A stretch of 64,000 bases of DNA from a bacterium (GCA_021813945.1 JAKAJD010000002.1:33343-97342), one strand, 5' to 3'; numbered from the stretch's first letter, positions 38,052 through 48,761 are shown. Notes: a model not told the origin generated them from the sequence alone. A program made the numbers and translations.

Positions 38052-39669
38052 GAATACAAAGTTCATCTTCGTTTCAGGCGGTGTCATTTCCGGAATCGGA
38101 AAAGGCATAGCCACCTCTTCAATTGCCCTTATTTTAAAATCTCGAGGCTTTAGGGTGACTGCCATGAAAGCCGATCCATACTTAAACGTTGATGCCGGAA
38201 CTCTAAATCCAATAGAGCACGGCGAAGTATTTGTTTTGGACGACGGCATGGAGTGCGACCAGGATCTTGGTAATTACGAACGCTTTTTAGAACAAAACCT
38301 CAATTCCACCAACTACATGACAACCGGCCAAGTTTTCAAATCCATAATAGATAGGGAAAGGTCCCTAGGCTACGAAGGCAAAACTGTCGAATTTTTCCAA
38401 GACCCGCCAAGAGAAATAATAAGCCGCATCTTAAAGTGCGCCAAAACCAACAAAGCCGAAATCGTCGTGTTTGAAGTTGGCGGAACAGTAGGGGAATACC
38501 AAAACCTTCTATTTTTGGAAGCCAACCGTCTTTTAAAACTCGAACACCCCCGCGACGTATTACACGTCCATGTTACTTATCTTCCAATCCCATCATCGGT
38601 TGGAGAGATGAAATCTAAACCAGCCCAAATGTCTATTCAACAGCTGGCTTCCTCCGGTATTGTCGCCGATTTTGTTCTGGCTCGCTCTCAGTTTGCTGTA
38701 GACGAAAAACGACGCGAGAAAATAGCCATCGCCTGCGGTTTGCAAAAAGAAGATATTCTTTCTGCGCCCGACGTTGAAAATATCTATCAAGTGCCTCTAA
38801 ATTTCGAAAATCAGGGCCTTTCCGAAAAAATCCTCAAAAAATTAAATACAAAACCGCGAAAATCAAACCTTGCAGACTGGAAAGTCATGGTCAATTCGGC
38901 TTTAACTGCCAAAAAACATGCCAAAATCGCTATGGTTGGCAAATACTTTTCGACCGGTGATTACACTTTATCTGATGCATATTTATCAGTCATAGAATCA
39001 ATAAAACACGCCGCCGCCTGCTTTGACATCAAACCGAAAATGTCTTGGATCGATTCCGCCCAAATCGAAAAGGAAGGAACAGACATGCTCAAAGGCTTTG
39101 ACGCCATTATTGTCCCAGGCGGTTATGGTACTCGTGCGGTCGAGGGCATCGTCCAATCCATAAAATATGCCCGCGAAAACAAAGTGCCTTATTTTGGCCT
39201 CTGCTACGGTATGCAACAGGCGGCAGTAGAATTTGCCCGAAACGTCCTTGGTTATAAAGATGCCAACACCACCGAAATTAATCCCAAAACTAAGCACCCA
39301 ATAATTCATGTTATGGATTCTCAAAAGGATTTGGTCAAATACCACAAACTTGGTGGTACCCAGCGCCTTGGCTCTTGGGAATGGAAAGCCAAACCTGGCA
39401 CGATTTTTGCCAAAGCCTACAAATCGCAAACCGGCGCCGATCGCCACCGCCACCGATACGAATTTAACAATATATATAGGGAAGAATTTGAAAAGCACGG
39501 CATGGTAATTTCAGCCACCACCAAAGACGGTTATTTGGTCGAGGCACTAGAGCTAAAAGACCATCCGTTTTTCATTGGTACCCAGTTCCATCCCGAACTT
39601 AAATCACGCCCTCTGCACCCGCACCCTCTCTACATGGCCTTCATGGAAGCGGTCGCGAAGCAAAAGTAG
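38050..39669 (+). CDS. pyrG: CTP synthase
   Basis: GGVISGIGKG, DPYLNVDAGT, KSKPAQ, GLCYGMQ, RHRHRYE, QFHPE. Confidence 0.97.
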   Translation: MNTKFIFVSGGVISGIGKGIATSSIALILKSRGFRVTAMKADPYLNVDAGTLNPIEHGEVFVLDDGMECDQDLGNYERFLEQNLNSTNYMTTGQVFKSIIDRERSLGYEGKTVEFFQDPPREIISRILKCAKTNKAEIVVFEVGGTVGEYQNLLFLEANRLLKLEHPRDVLHVHVTYLPIPSSVGEMKSKPAQMSIQQLASSGIVADFVLARSQFAVDEKRREKIAIACGLQKEDILSAPDVENIYQVPLNFENQGLSEKILKKLNTKPRKSNLADWKVMVNSALTAKKHAKIAMVGKYFSTGDYTLSDAYLSVIESIKHAAACFDIKPKMSWIDSAQIEKEGTDMLKGFDAIIVPGGYGTRAVEGIVQSIKYARENKVPYFGLCYGMQQAAVEFARNVLGYKDANTTEINPKTKHPIIHVMDSQKDLVKYHKLGGTQRLGSWEWKAKPGTIFAKAYKSQTGADRHRHRYEFNNIYREEFEKHGMVISATTKDGYLVEALELKDHPFFIGTQFHPELKSRPLHPHPLYMAFMEAVAKQK

Positions 39670-39684
39670 AGTATAATAGCTTCA

Positions 39685-39951
39685 ATGAAGGTCGAATTAG
39701 CTATACCTAATCCGGACTTTGATGCGGCTTGGCAGTGGATTGAATCTAACGGCGAGCTTATACGTGCAACTTATCCCGGCGAACATATTCAAGTCGCTAA
39801 TGACCCCACGAATCCTGTTAAGGGTCACGGAAAAACTCTGGAAGAATCATTAAGAATGATAGATAAAGACATGCTACGTAGTACACCACTTATTAGCTAC
39901 CGGGTTCCTGGACCATCCGATGGAACTATTTATGTGTGCGATCATCCATAA
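39685..39951 (+). CDS. Small protein, DUF5678-like
   Basis: W...N...I...YPGEHI.V....V.GHGKT.EE pattern; TATAAT 7 nt upstream. Confidence 0.55.
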   Translation: MKVELAIPNPDFDAAWQWIESNGELIRATYPGEHIQVANDPTNPVKGHGKTLEESLRMIDKDMLRSTPLISYRVPGPSDGTIYVCDHP

Positions 39952-39965
39952 AAACGCGCAACCCC

Positions 39966-40021
39966 TTGACAAATAAAAAACAATTGCTAAAATATTAGCA
40001 GTCACGAACATCAAGTGCTCG
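39966..40021 (+). promoter_or_regulatory. groESL promoter with degenerate CIRCE operator
   Basis: TTGACA-16 nt-TAAAAT (TGn extended), then TTAGCAGTC-N9-AAGTGCTCG at 39995-40021. Confidence 0.7.
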
Positions 40022-40062
40022 TGATTTTTTCTCTAAAAACTGTCCAAAATAAGAATCGATCA

Positions 40063-40347
40063 ATGATTAAACCTTTAGCCGGATACGTCTTAATAGAACC
40101 TGCTCCCAAAGAAACTAAAACGGCCAGTGGAATTGTCCTACCGGAATCGGCAGAAGAAAAACCCCAAGAGGGAAAAGTTATCGCCTGTGGAGATGACCTC
40201 CTCGAAGAAGGCAAAACTGTAAAATGCCCTGTTAAAGTAGGGGACAAAGTCATCTACAAAAAATGGGGCGGAAACGAACTCAAATCCGAAGGTAAAGACC
40301 TAATGCTCATTAAATTCGACGATTTAATGGCAATTGTAGCAAAATAA
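40063..40347 (+). CDS. groES: Co-chaperonin GroES
   Basis: [22 protein letters not shown]; start moved to ATG 40063. Confidence 0.96.
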   Translation: MIKPLAGYVLIEPAPKETKTASGIVLPESAEEKPQEGKVIACGDDLLEEGKTVKCPVKVGDKVIYKKWGGNELKSEGKDLMLIKFDDLMAIVAK

Positions 40348-40348
40348 C

Positions 40349-41971
40349 ATGGCTAAACAACTTTTATACGCAGAAGAAGCAAGAACAAAACTAAAAGCAG
40401 GTGTCGACAAGCTCGCAGCCGCAGTCGCAACCACCCTTGGTCCAAAAGGCAGAAATGTAGCTTTAGATAAAAAATGGGGCGCTCCCAATGTTATCCACGA
40501 CGGAGTAACAGTCGCCAAAGAAATTGAACTCGAAGACCCATTCGAAAACATGGGCGCATCTCTTGTTAAAGAAGCAGCTTCGAAAACCAACGATTCGGCA
40601 GGCGACGGAACCACAACGGCAACAGTTCTAGCTCAAGCCATAATCGAAGAAGGCTTAAAAAACGTAACTGCTGGCGCCAACCCAATGATTCTTAAACATG
40701 GTGTTGAAAAAGCAACCGACGCAGTTGTAGCGGAACTTAAAAAGATGGCCAAAAAGGTCGCAGGAGCTGAAGAAATTGAAAAAATAGCCACCATTTCGGC
40801 TGCTGATTCCACAATCGGCAAAATGATAGCCGATGCTTTAGACAAGGTCGGTTCCGACGGTGTAGTCACGGTAGAAGAATCCAAAGGCTTGGAAACATAC
40901 GTTGACACCAAAGAAGGTATGGAATTTGACCGCGGATTTGTCTCTCCATACTTTGTCACCGACACCGACAAAATGAAGGCTATTGTCGACGATGCCCATA
41001 TTCTCATAACCGATCAAAAAATTGCCTCTTTAAACGATCTTCTCCAATTTTTAGAAAACTTTGTCAAGGTTAGCAAAAACCTAGTTATTATTGCCGATGA
41101 GGTGGAAGGCGAAGCACTAGCCACATTGGTCATCAACAGAATCAAAAGCACTTTTAACGTTCTGGCTGTCAAAGCTCCAGGCTTTGGTGACCGCCGAAAA
41201 GAAATGCTTGAAGACATTGCCACTCTCACAGGAGGAAATGTTATTTCTGAGGATATGGGCAGAAAGCTGGAATCTGTCACAATTGAAGATCTGGGTCGCG
41301 CCGACCAGGTTATCTCCGACAAAGAAAACACAATAATTGTCGGCGGCAAAGGAACCAAAAGCGCAATCGATGGCCGCATTAAGCAAATCAAAAACGAAAT
41401 TGAGCAAACAGACTCCGATTTTGATCGCGAAAAGCTTCAGGAACGTTTGGCTAAACTTTCCGGCGGAGTAGCTGTCATCAACGTCGGTGCTGCCACAGAA
41501 ATCGAACTCAAGGAGAAGAAAGAAAGAGTAGACGACGCGGTTCATGCAACCAAAGCTGCCGTTGAAGAAGGCTATGTTGTGGGCGGTGGAGTCGCCTTGG
41601 TTCGCGCTGCCAAATCTCTTGAAAAACTCGCAAACACCACAGAAGGCGACGAAAGAATCGGAGTCGAAATAGTCAGAGACGCACTCAATAAACCCCTGGC
41701 AATGCTTGCCAAAAACGCAGGAATCGACAGCGGCTGGGCAGTCAAAGAGGTAGAAAAAGCAACCGGAAATGTTGGCTTAAACGCCCTAAACGGTAAATTC
41801 GAGGATTTAGTAGCAGCCGGTGTTATTGACCCTGTAAAAGTCACCAGATCTGCACTTCAAAATGCAGCTTCAGTTGCTATGATGGTTTTAACCACAGAAG
41901 CCCTTGTTACCGACCTTCCCGAAAAAGAAAAAGGCCCAATAATGCCGCCGGGCGGAATGGGCGACTATTAA
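40349..41971 (+). CDS. groEL: Chaperonin GroEL
   Basis: [31 protein letters not shown] tail. Confidence 0.99.
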   Translation: MAKQLLYAEEARTKLKAGVDKLAAAVATTLGPKGRNVALDKKWGAPNVIHDGVTVAKEIELEDPFENMGASLVKEAASKTNDSAGDGTTTATVLAQAIIEEGLKNVTAGANPMILKHGVEKATDAVVAELKKMAKKVAGAEEIEKIATISAADSTIGKMIADALDKVGSDGVVTVEESKGLETYVDTKEGMEFDRGFVSPYFVTDTDKMKAIVDDAHILITDQKIASLNDLLQFLENFVKVSKNLVIIADEVEGEALATLVINRIKSTFNVLAVKAPGFGDRRKEMLEDIATLTGGNVISEDMGRKLESVTIEDLGRADQVISDKENTIIVGGKGTKSAIDGRIKQIKNEIEQTDSDFDREKLQERLAKLSGGVAVINVGAATEIELKEKKERVDDAVHATKAAVEEGYVVGGGVALVRAAKSLEKLANTTEGDERIGVEIVRDALNKPLAMLAKNAGIDSGWAVKEVEKATGNVGLNALNGKFEDLVAAGVIDPVKVTRSALQNAASVAMMVLTTEALVTDLPEKEKGPIMPPGGMGDY

Positions 41972-41980
41972 GGCCAAACT

Positions 41981-42691
41981 TCACTTCAAAACAATCTTGA
42001 TCATCGCATTTCCCACGTTGGCCGCAAAATCAGTCATATCGGTTTTTGCCTGAATTCTGTAGGTTTTTGGTCCGTAATTAAAAGGAATTTTTCCTGAAGT
42101 CCTAAATTCTCCTGTTCCTGAGGATGAAGATATTTCGCTTTCATAAAACGGATTATTGTCGTTAACGTTGATTATTCTAGCCCAGGCTTTGCCATTCCCA
42201 TTATCTACCCAAATTGAGGCTTGAAACACCATATAATCTATTGGCGGATACTGCGTGGTGTCTATTATAACTTGCGCTCCGCTTAAATCGGCATAGGTTC
42301 CACTTTTTGTTGAACCAGAGCCAATCGGAATATAAATCTCTTTTTGAGGTGTTTGGATAATGGTCTGGGTTTCTTTCTGTACTACAGTTTGTACCGGCTG
42401 GGATTGACTTTGGTTTTGAGGCTGGGTTTGTGCCTGTGGCGCAGGAGTCGACTGTACTTGGCTTGATGGTGATGGGGTCTGCGATACCAGTGGTATAGAA
42501 GCCGGTGAACTAAAACCAAGAGATCCGGGCGGACTTGCTGCTACGGTTCCTTTATCAGTCGCAGTTTGAAAAGTCTCATTAGGGTTTTTTTTAAAAATCC
42601 ACCAGTTCAAAAGAACCAAATCGAAAAGTGCCACAACCAAAATTGCCAAACCAATTTTAGAAAGGATTTTGGATGCCAGAGATTGTTCCAT
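41981..42691 (-). CDS. Hypothetical membrane-anchored protein with Q/P/S linker
   Basis: N-terminal TM, low-complexity linker, beta-rich C-terminal domain. Confidence 0.75.
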   Translation of the reverse strand: MEQSLASKILSKIGLAILVVALFDLVLLNWWIFKKNPNETFQTATDKGTVAASPPGSLGFSSPASIPLVSQTPSPSSQVQSTPAPQAQTQPQNQSQSQPVQTVVQKETQTIIQTPQKEIYIPIGSGSTKSGTYADLSGAQVIIDTTQYPPIDYMVFQASIWVDNGNGKAWARIINVNDNNPFYESEISSSSGTGEFRTSGKIPFNYGPKTYRIQAKTDMTDFAANVGNAMIKIVLK

Positions 42692-42774
42692 AGGCAGTAA
42701 CCCTATTTTAGTAGCAAAAAGGGTTCTTGTCTAAAGATATTTCAAAAAGTCATTATGATAAACTTAAAGTTGGC

Positions 42775-43377
42775 ATGGAGCACAAGCCGCCTCCAAAAGG
42801 CAAAAAGAAGAAACTCCAAAAATTACTGGGAAGCGGAGAAGAAGTTGTCTACGTTACATCAATTGGCCCCAGGTATTTTTGGGTGAACATGATAATACTT
42901 CTTTTTATTCCATTAATTCTAACTTACGTCGCCATTTTCATGTTCTTTGGCGTATTTTCAATCCCAAATTACGAGTGGATTAAATACCTGGGCGTTATTC
43001 CTCTTTTGATTCTCATCTACAACACACCGAAATATTCACATCTTATTCGCATGAAACAATCATTCACATATGCTCTCACAAATAGAAGGTTTATGATAAT
43101 CCGCGGAATTTTCTCCAGAAAAATAGTAACTGCTCCCTTAACTGCTATCACCCACGTCACTATTGAACAGTCATTTATTCAAAGGTTTATTTATAATACT
43201 GGCCATTTGGTCATTATCACCGCTGGGTTTGATCAAAGGGAAATAGTTATCGAAAATATTGGAAATCCAGTCGAATTTAAAATAATGATCGAGGAATTAA
43301 CCAGAAAAATAGAAGATTCCTGGGAAGGTGAGGACGAGAAAAAAGAAACGTTTAAGTTGCGTTCGCTCTCTGCTTAA
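42775..43377 (+). CDS. Bacterial PH (bPH_2) domain membrane protein (start may be 42727)
   Basis: Two TMs, then YALTNRR..RGIFSR..I..V.IEQSFIQR..G. Confidence 0.8.
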   Translation: MEHKPPPKGKKKKLQKLLGSGEEVVYVTSIGPRYFWVNMIILLFIPLILTYVAIFMFFGVFSIPNYEWIKYLGVIPLLILIYNTPKYSHLIRMKQSFTYALTNRRFMIIRGIFSRKIVTAPLTAITHVTIEQSFIQRFIYNTGHLVIITAGFDQREIVIENIGNPVEFKIMIEELTRKIEDSWEGEDEKKETFKLRSLSA

Positions 43378-44135
43378 TTATCCGGTAGCACAGAGGAAGG
43401 GTTTATCATAACTCCATTATCAAAAACTTCTATATGAACGTGCGGCCCGGTTGTGTGGCCGGTTAGTCCAATATTCCCAATTTTTGTAGTTTCGGAAATC
43501 ACGTTTCCTACCCCTACGTCAATTTGGCTCATATGTGCATAAAGGGTCTTCAAGCCGTCGCCGTGGTCTATAACCACAGTATCACCATGCCCATCCGTCA
43601 TATACCCTGCAAACTCCACTTTGCCACCGCCTAATGGGTATATAGGTGTACCGTAAGAGGCTGCAATGTCATCAGCATGGTGATAAGAACTAAATCCCTG
43701 GGTTATGATTCCATCTGAAACCGGCATTCTAAAATCAAAAGGAGATCTTTTTGAGCTAACACTTGCTTGAAGTAGGGTTTCCTCAGGATTTTGGGATTCA
43801 CTATTTTTTGCAACTAAAATTTGTTGACCGTTAACTTTGATTTCAGGCTCTTTTGCCTTAAAATATGAAGCACCCATATTCGTCAAAAACAGCAACACGA
43901 TAAGGATCAAAGTAAACTTTGAAAAGAGTCTAATTCTAGGTCTTATGGCAATTTGCCTTTGAACACCCTTAAATCCACGTTTTATAGCTTGAAAAGCTTC
44001 CATCTTCGCGTATTTACGAACTATTCGGCTGTATTTGTTTTTGAAAACGACAAACTTAAAGGAGCGCCTTATGGCTCTTTTGCCAAGTACCACTTGTCTT
44101 TTTATAGACTTTTTAAGTTGTTTTTTTAACTTCAT
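43374..44135 (-). CDS. M23 family peptidase with basic N-terminus and TM
   Basis: HHADDIA, HGDG..TLYAHM, TG.TTGPHVHIE. Confidence 0.88.
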   Translation of the reverse strand: MKLKKQLKKSIKRQVVLGKRAIRRSFKFVVFKNKYSRIVRKYAKMEAFQAIKRGFKGVQRQIAIRPRIRLFSKFTLILIVLLFLTNMGASYFKAKEPEIKVNGQQILVAKNSESQNPEETLLQASVSSKRSPFDFRMPVSDGIITQGFSSYHHADDIAASYGTPIYPLGGGKVEFAGYMTDGHGDTVVIDHGDGLKTLYAHMSQIDVGVGNVISETTKIGNIGLTGHTTGPHVHIEVFDNGVMINPSSVLPDN

Positions 44136-44355
44136 TTATTCAAATTCCTCAAAAAAATCCCACAAAAACCTAATTCAAAAAGCAGGGGATTAATATGGAC
44201 TATTCAGCCCATAGTGAGGAATTTATTAGGCCAAAGTATACCATAATTCAAAGGTAAAGTCAAATAGTCACCAACAGCTAATAAGTCCTATAGTAAGAGC
44301 AGGGAATACTCTAAATTATTGCTTATTTCTAATCTAAAATGTTAACTTAAATCCA

Positions 44356-45186
44356 ATGCCTCGTGACAAAATTAGCCAGTCAAATGGAAAAATACTTAAG
44401 GCCTTGTCAGTCATATTAGTTTATTTCTTAGCCGGGTTTATTCTTTCCGGGTGCAACCTCACAGCTTTTTCCAAACCTGCAGCTCTCCAGATAACATCGG
44501 TTCCAGATTCATCCGTGTTTATGGATGGCAAGCTGCTTGGCAAAACCCCTTTCTATTCTGATCAGCTTTCACCGGGTGATCACACAGTTAAACTTTCAGC
44601 TTCGCTATCAAGCTATAGTGCCAGAATAAGCTTAACTTCAGGTACACTAACGGTCGTAAATCGCGAACTGGCTGACAATTTTTTAGCTCAATCCGGCGAA
44701 AATCTTTGGCTAGACCCTGGTTTATCAGGAACGTTCTTAGTCTCACGCCCAGAAGGGACGGAAATTACAATAGATGGCAAATTCTATGGCAATGCCACAA
44801 AACTCATTCAGAACTTGGAAGATGGTGACCACCAAGTACAACTTACAAAAGCCGGTTATGTAACTCGTCAGTTTCAAATTAAAACTTCCTCGAAGTACAG
44901 GCTCAATGCCGATATCACCTTAGCTTCTGAAATTGCCAGGGGCCAAGTAGCAGTTGCTGAACCAAGTCCCCAGGTTCAAGTCAAAAAAGTCGAAGTTCTT
45001 AAAACACCGCAAGGGTTTTTGAGAGTCAGAAAAGATGCTTCCCTAACAAGTGATGAAATTGGCAGAGTCTCGACTGGAGACCAGTTAGAAGTTATTCAGG
45101 AAACAGACGACTGGGTAAAAGTTCTTTTCGGCGACAACAAACAAGGTTGGATTTCCAAAACTTACACCAAAGATATTGCTCAATAA
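44356..45186 (+). CDS. PEGA-domain + SH3b-domain lipoprotein
   Basis: LSGC lipobox, S.P....DGK..GKTP repeats, LRVR..W.KV..GWIS. Confidence 0.8.
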   Translation: MPRDKISQSNGKILKALSVILVYFLAGFILSGCNLTAFSKPAALQITSVPDSSVFMDGKLLGKTPFYSDQLSPGDHTVKLSASLSSYSARISLTSGTLTVVNRELADNFLAQSGENLWLDPGLSGTFLVSRPEGTEITIDGKFYGNATKLIQNLEDGDHQVQLTKAGYVTRQFQIKTSSKYRLNADITLASEIARGQVAVAEPSPQVQVKKVEVLKTPQGFLRVRKDASLTSDEIGRVSTGDQLEVIQETDDWVKVLFGDNKQGWISKTYTKDIAQ

Positions 45187-45249
45187 TTGAGCTTACTATT
45201 CATACCTCTTAACCTTGATTCTTACTAGCTGATACTCGATACTTAAATT

Positions 45250-45789
45250 ATGGTTGCCAAAAGCCTTATCAAATTAATAGATGAAGCGATTTTTCCCGCT
45301 TTAACCCTGGTTGTTGCCAAAATGCTGGGACTTCTTTTGAGTGCTTATTTTCTTTCCCTACCCTTTGAAATCAAAACTAGAGCGTTTTTGGGCCTTATGC
45401 CCGCTCTAAACTTTTTAAGTATTTCAGACTATATTAAAGCTGAAAATTACTCTAACCTTGCCATGTTTCTAGCAGCTGCAATAGGAGCAGCTTTTATTTT
45501 GGCAAGAGCTTATTTTTTCCATGAAAGCCATATTCACCCTAATCTCCAAGCAAAACTAGCTAGTTTTAATTTGGAAAGCATTATTGCCCCAAGCTACCAT
45601 TTGTATCATCAGGCTTTAATTTGGTTAATTTTTGTTTGGATGACCGTCGGCTTCCTGGTCGTGTCAACATTTCTTAAAATTACATATCCTCAAATATCGA
45701 TAATTGCCTTTATTCTAGCTGCTAATCTTTCTTGGATTTTTGCAATCGATGTTGAAAAAGAAATAGAAATAACAAGATCTATCGAATGA
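45250..45789 (+). CDS. Hypothetical 4-TM membrane protein
   Basis: ORF with hydrophobic segments. Confidence 0.75.
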   Translation: MVAKSLIKLIDEAIFPALTLVVAKMLGLLLSAYFLSLPFEIKTRAFLGLMPALNFLSISDYIKAENYSNLAMFLAAAIGAAFILARAYFFHESHIHPNLQAKLASFNLESIIAPSYHLYHQALIWLIFVWMTVGFLVVSTFLKITYPQISIIAFILAANLSWIFAIDVEKEIEITRSIE

Positions 45790-46226
45790 AAATAACACCT
45801 CAAGCAGCAGTAGCTAATTTTATTGCGACCTTTTTACTTGTTGCCCTTATCATAACTCCCATTTACTTTGCCAAAAATTTTTCCCAGGTCGCTGGAGTCA
45901 AAACAGAATCTCGATATTTGCTAATATCCCAAACGGACAAATTCCCTAATATGACTTTCACGCAAAACAGCAACATATATCAGCTCTCATTCACTAAGCA
46001 AAGCCAAAATCAGGCATATTTGAGCGTTTTTATTATCAATAACCCCACTCAAAGTCCCCAAAAATACACTCTTAAAACTCAATCACCAGAAACGAACCTT
46101 TTTTTTGGCGATGACCTTAACAATTTACAAAATTCAGCTATTGCACCTCCCGGCTCATCAATTCCCATTAGTATCATAACCAAATCTACTTCTCAGTCTG
46201 ATCTGATATCATTTACCATCAACTAG
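45786..46226 (+). CDS. Hypothetical secreted/anchored protein
   Basis: N-terminal TM followed by QVAGV; overlaps the upstream stop. Confidence 0.7.
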   Translation: MKITPQAAVANFIATFLLVALIITPIYFAKNFSQVAGVKTESRYLLISQTDKFPNMTFTQNSNIYQLSFTKQSQNQAYLSVFIINNPTQSPQKYTLKTQSPETNLFFGDDLNNLQNSAIAPPGSSIPISIITKSTSQSDLISFTIN

Positions 46227-46265
46227 CTCAAGATAATTCAAGTCAAAAAGTCTAAAAGTAAAAAA

Positions 46266-47276
46266 TCACTGCAGATAATGAAGAAGCCTTGTCGGGAGAA
46301 TATCAGCGCCATAAATTACCACAAAAACCAAAAATACCCATACCACAACAGTTACAAGTAGCGGCGTGTCGGAAAGCAAAATTCTCTCTGGTGATTCACC
46401 TTCCTTTTTCTCATAAATTACATAAAGATATCTCATAACTCCATAAATCACAAAAGGTACACTTCCCATAAGCCATTTGGATGCCAAAAAGGTTCGAGGC
46501 AAATAGTCACCGAAAAGAACCAATACCTGAGGACCCGCAGAAGGAGGCGGTTGCAAAAAAGTAAACATTGTATACGAAAACCAGCAAGCTGTAGCAAACA
46601 TTACAGTCAAAGAATCCAAAAGTGTTTCGGGATAATGATGAAGAATTTCCCTTGTGTTAAGGTCCTTAACGCCTGCACCCAAAAGAAGTGTGCGCTCTGA
46701 TCGTCTTTTTCCTATGGCTAAAAATAATGCTAGAGAGGCAACCGTCAATATAAACCAGACGGTTACATGTGCGTCTATCAAAACTGCTCCGGTATAAACC
46801 CTTAGCAAAAATCCCGAAGCAATTGCCATCACATCAATTAAAATCAAAGATCTCAAAAACAAAGAGTAGGCTACTTGCAGTATTGCGTAAGCAAAAATAC
46901 CCCAAAAGAAAAAAGTTCCCAGCCCCCTAGCTAAAGTTAATGAGACCAAAACCAAAACCACAGCAGCAACGGATGCAACCTGGCGGCTAATTCTTCCTGC
47001 GGCAATGGGCCTTTTACTTTTAAAGGGGTGAGCTAAATCTGCCTTAAGATCTATGATGTCGTTCAGGATATAAATTCCCGAGGTCATCATCGAAAACACA
47101 AAAAAACCATAAATCGTCAGAAAAAATTTATCTGGATTAAAAAAGGCACCCTCAAATACGAGCGGTGCAAATATGGCGAGATTTTTTAACCATTGCCTGG
47201 GCCTTGCTGAAACAAGAACCCAAAATGGCAGCCATACTATGCCCGGCCCTTTGTTTGTAAATTGGTATTTAGCCAA
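46266..47276 (-). CDS. UbiA family prenyltransferase (decaprenyl-phosphate phosphoribosyltransferase-like)
   Basis: RPRQWLKN, YILNDIID..D..HP.K..RPIAAG, KRRSE, GESPE; TTG start at 47276 preceded by AGGAGG. Confidence 0.88.
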   Translation of the reverse strand: MAKYQFTNKGPGIVWLPFWVLVSARPRQWLKNLAIFAPLVFEGAFFNPDKFFLTIYGFFVFSMMTSGIYILNDIIDLKADLAHPFKSKRPIAAGRISRQVASVAAVVLVLVSLTLARGLGTFFFWGIFAYAILQVAYSLFLRSLILIDVMAIASGFLLRVYTGAVLIDAHVTVWFILTVASLALFLAIGKRRSERTLLLGAGVKDLNTREILHHYPETLLDSLTVMFATACWFSYTMFTFLQPPPSAGPQVLVLFGDYLPRTFLASKWLMGSVPFVIYGVMRYLYVIYEKKEGESPERILLSDTPLLVTVVVWVFLVFVVIYGADILPTRLLHYLQ

Positions 47277-48325
47277 ACTAAACCTCCTAAAATTATTATA
47301 CCGATTAAGGCACCGGCAAAAACTTTCCCATTGCTTGGTAAAATTAGGGCAACGGCACCCAAAATAGCACACAAAAACCAATAAAACAAGGCAACTTGCC
47401 TTTGCGAAAAACCAATTTCCAAGAGTCTATGATGAAGATGACCCCTGTCTCCCAAAAAAGGAGATTTACCCGAAGCTATTCTTCTAATAACTGTAAAAAC
47501 ACCATCAGTTAAAGGCACTGCCATAACCAGAATTGCGGTTCCAACTTTTGCACCGGAAATAATGGAAAGAACAGCAATTAAAAATCCTAAAAAATATGAT
47601 GCCGAGTCGCCTGGAAAAATTTTTGCCGGATAAAAATTAAAGACTAAAAATCCCAGTGTTGCTCCGGCTCCTACTAAGGCGAGTTTGGCAACCATCATTT
47701 GTGTCGGGTCGACAAGCGAAAATCTTAAAGAAACAGCAAAGATTATAAAAAGAGCTACAAATGCAATGCCACCAAGTTGCCCGTCCACACCTGCCGAAAA
47801 GTTAACCATGTTAATAACCCAGATAATCCAAAAGACTGCAAAAAGATCTGCTATAACATAAATTGAATGGGTTCCAGCAAAATTGATTACAATTCTTAAT
47901 GTATCGAGCCTTATAATCTCTCCCAATCCAAAACCACCAAAAACATTAAGTGGGTTTGCAATAAAAGAAATTCCAATCCCAAATCCAACTACAACTAAAC
48001 TAGCGGCAATTTGCATTGCGAATTTAATCCATTTGCCCAAATCAGATCTATCGTCCCAAATACCTCCTAAAGTAAGAATAGCGCCTCCTAATAAAATTCC
48101 AGCGATTTGCTTCGTCGGACCTATCGTAAAAAGTACTGTAGCCAAAAATGAAAGAAAAATTGCCAAACCTCCCGCTCTAGGCACTGTTTTTTTATGAAGT
48201 ATGGCAGGATGCGCATGTTTTTTGGGATCATCAACCATTCCAAATTTTGTAGCAAATATCATGGTTACTGGAATTAAAATCAAAGAAAGCCCCAAAGCTG
48301 TTAAAAACAATAAAAAAAGACTCAT
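47237..48325 (-). CDS. WecA/TagO/MraY family polyprenyl-phosphate sugar-1-P transferase
   Basis: PRAGG, G.WDD, NFSAGVDG, FNFYPAKIFPGD, DRGHLHHRL. Confidence 0.9.
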   Translation of the reverse strand: MSLFLLFLTALGLSLILIPVTMIFATKFGMVDDPKKHAHPAILHKKTVPRAGGLAIFLSFLATVLFTIGPTKQIAGILLGGAILTLGGIWDDRSDLGKWIKFAMQIAASLVVVGFGIGISFIANPLNVFGGFGLGEIIRLDTLRIVINFAGTHSIYVIADLFAVFWIIWVINMVNFSAGVDGQLGGIAFVALFIIFAVSLRFSLVDPTQMMVAKLALVGAGATLGFLVFNFYPAKIFPGDSASYFLGFLIAVLSIISGAKVGTAILVMAVPLTDGVFTVIRRIASGKSPFLGDRGHLHHRLLEIGFSQRQVALFYWFLCAILGAVALILPSNGKVFAGALIGIIILGGLVWLNTNLQTKGRA

Positions 48326-48756
48326 GCGATAAGTGAAATTATCTTGAAAAGATCATAAAAAGTAGCAATACCAACAACCAAAGCCGAAATAACCAATATT
48401 CTGTGCAAAAATCTATCCTCACCAAATATAGTAACTGCCAAAAGAAAATTTAAACTGCTAAAAATTGCAGTGGCTCCGGGTAAGATAAAAAGTTCATAAG
48501 GATTTGCAAGAACTGCCTCGCCCCATGGATGTGAATAAAAAAGCGGCAGTTGCGGCGGCAGCTTATGCCAAGAAACCAAAAGTAACAGAATTTGCAAAAC
48601 TACAGATCCCAGGCAAATAATAAATCCCCAAAAAAAGAATTTATCAGCCGCAAAATTTTTTTGAGCCTCCCGCCTAATTTCGAGTTTTCTGAATGGATTA
48701 TCTCTTATTCCCGAGCTGGTTGGAACGAAGGATGCATTTGCTTTTATATAACTCAT
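48322..48756 (-). CDS. Small membrane protein (DUF1648-like)
   Basis: LPPQLPLFYS.PWG, three TMs. Confidence 0.65.
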   Translation of the reverse strand: MSYIKANASFVPTSSGIRDNPFRKLEIRREAQKNFAADKFFFWGFIICLGSVVLQILLLLVSWHKLPPQLPLFYSHPWGEAVLANPYELFILPGATAIFSSLNFLLAVTIFGEDRFLHRILVISALVVGIATFYDLFKIISLIA

Positions 48757-48761
48757 AAAGT

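Noticed and set aside
40324-41844. Antisense ORFs over groEL and similar short shadow ORFs throughout the track
   Set aside because: They lie opposite or inside well-supported genes and reflect codon bias.
47277-47381. Long N-terminus of, or frameshift in, the UbiA gene
   Set aside because: An in-frame TTG at 47276 with AGGAGG upstream explains the start.
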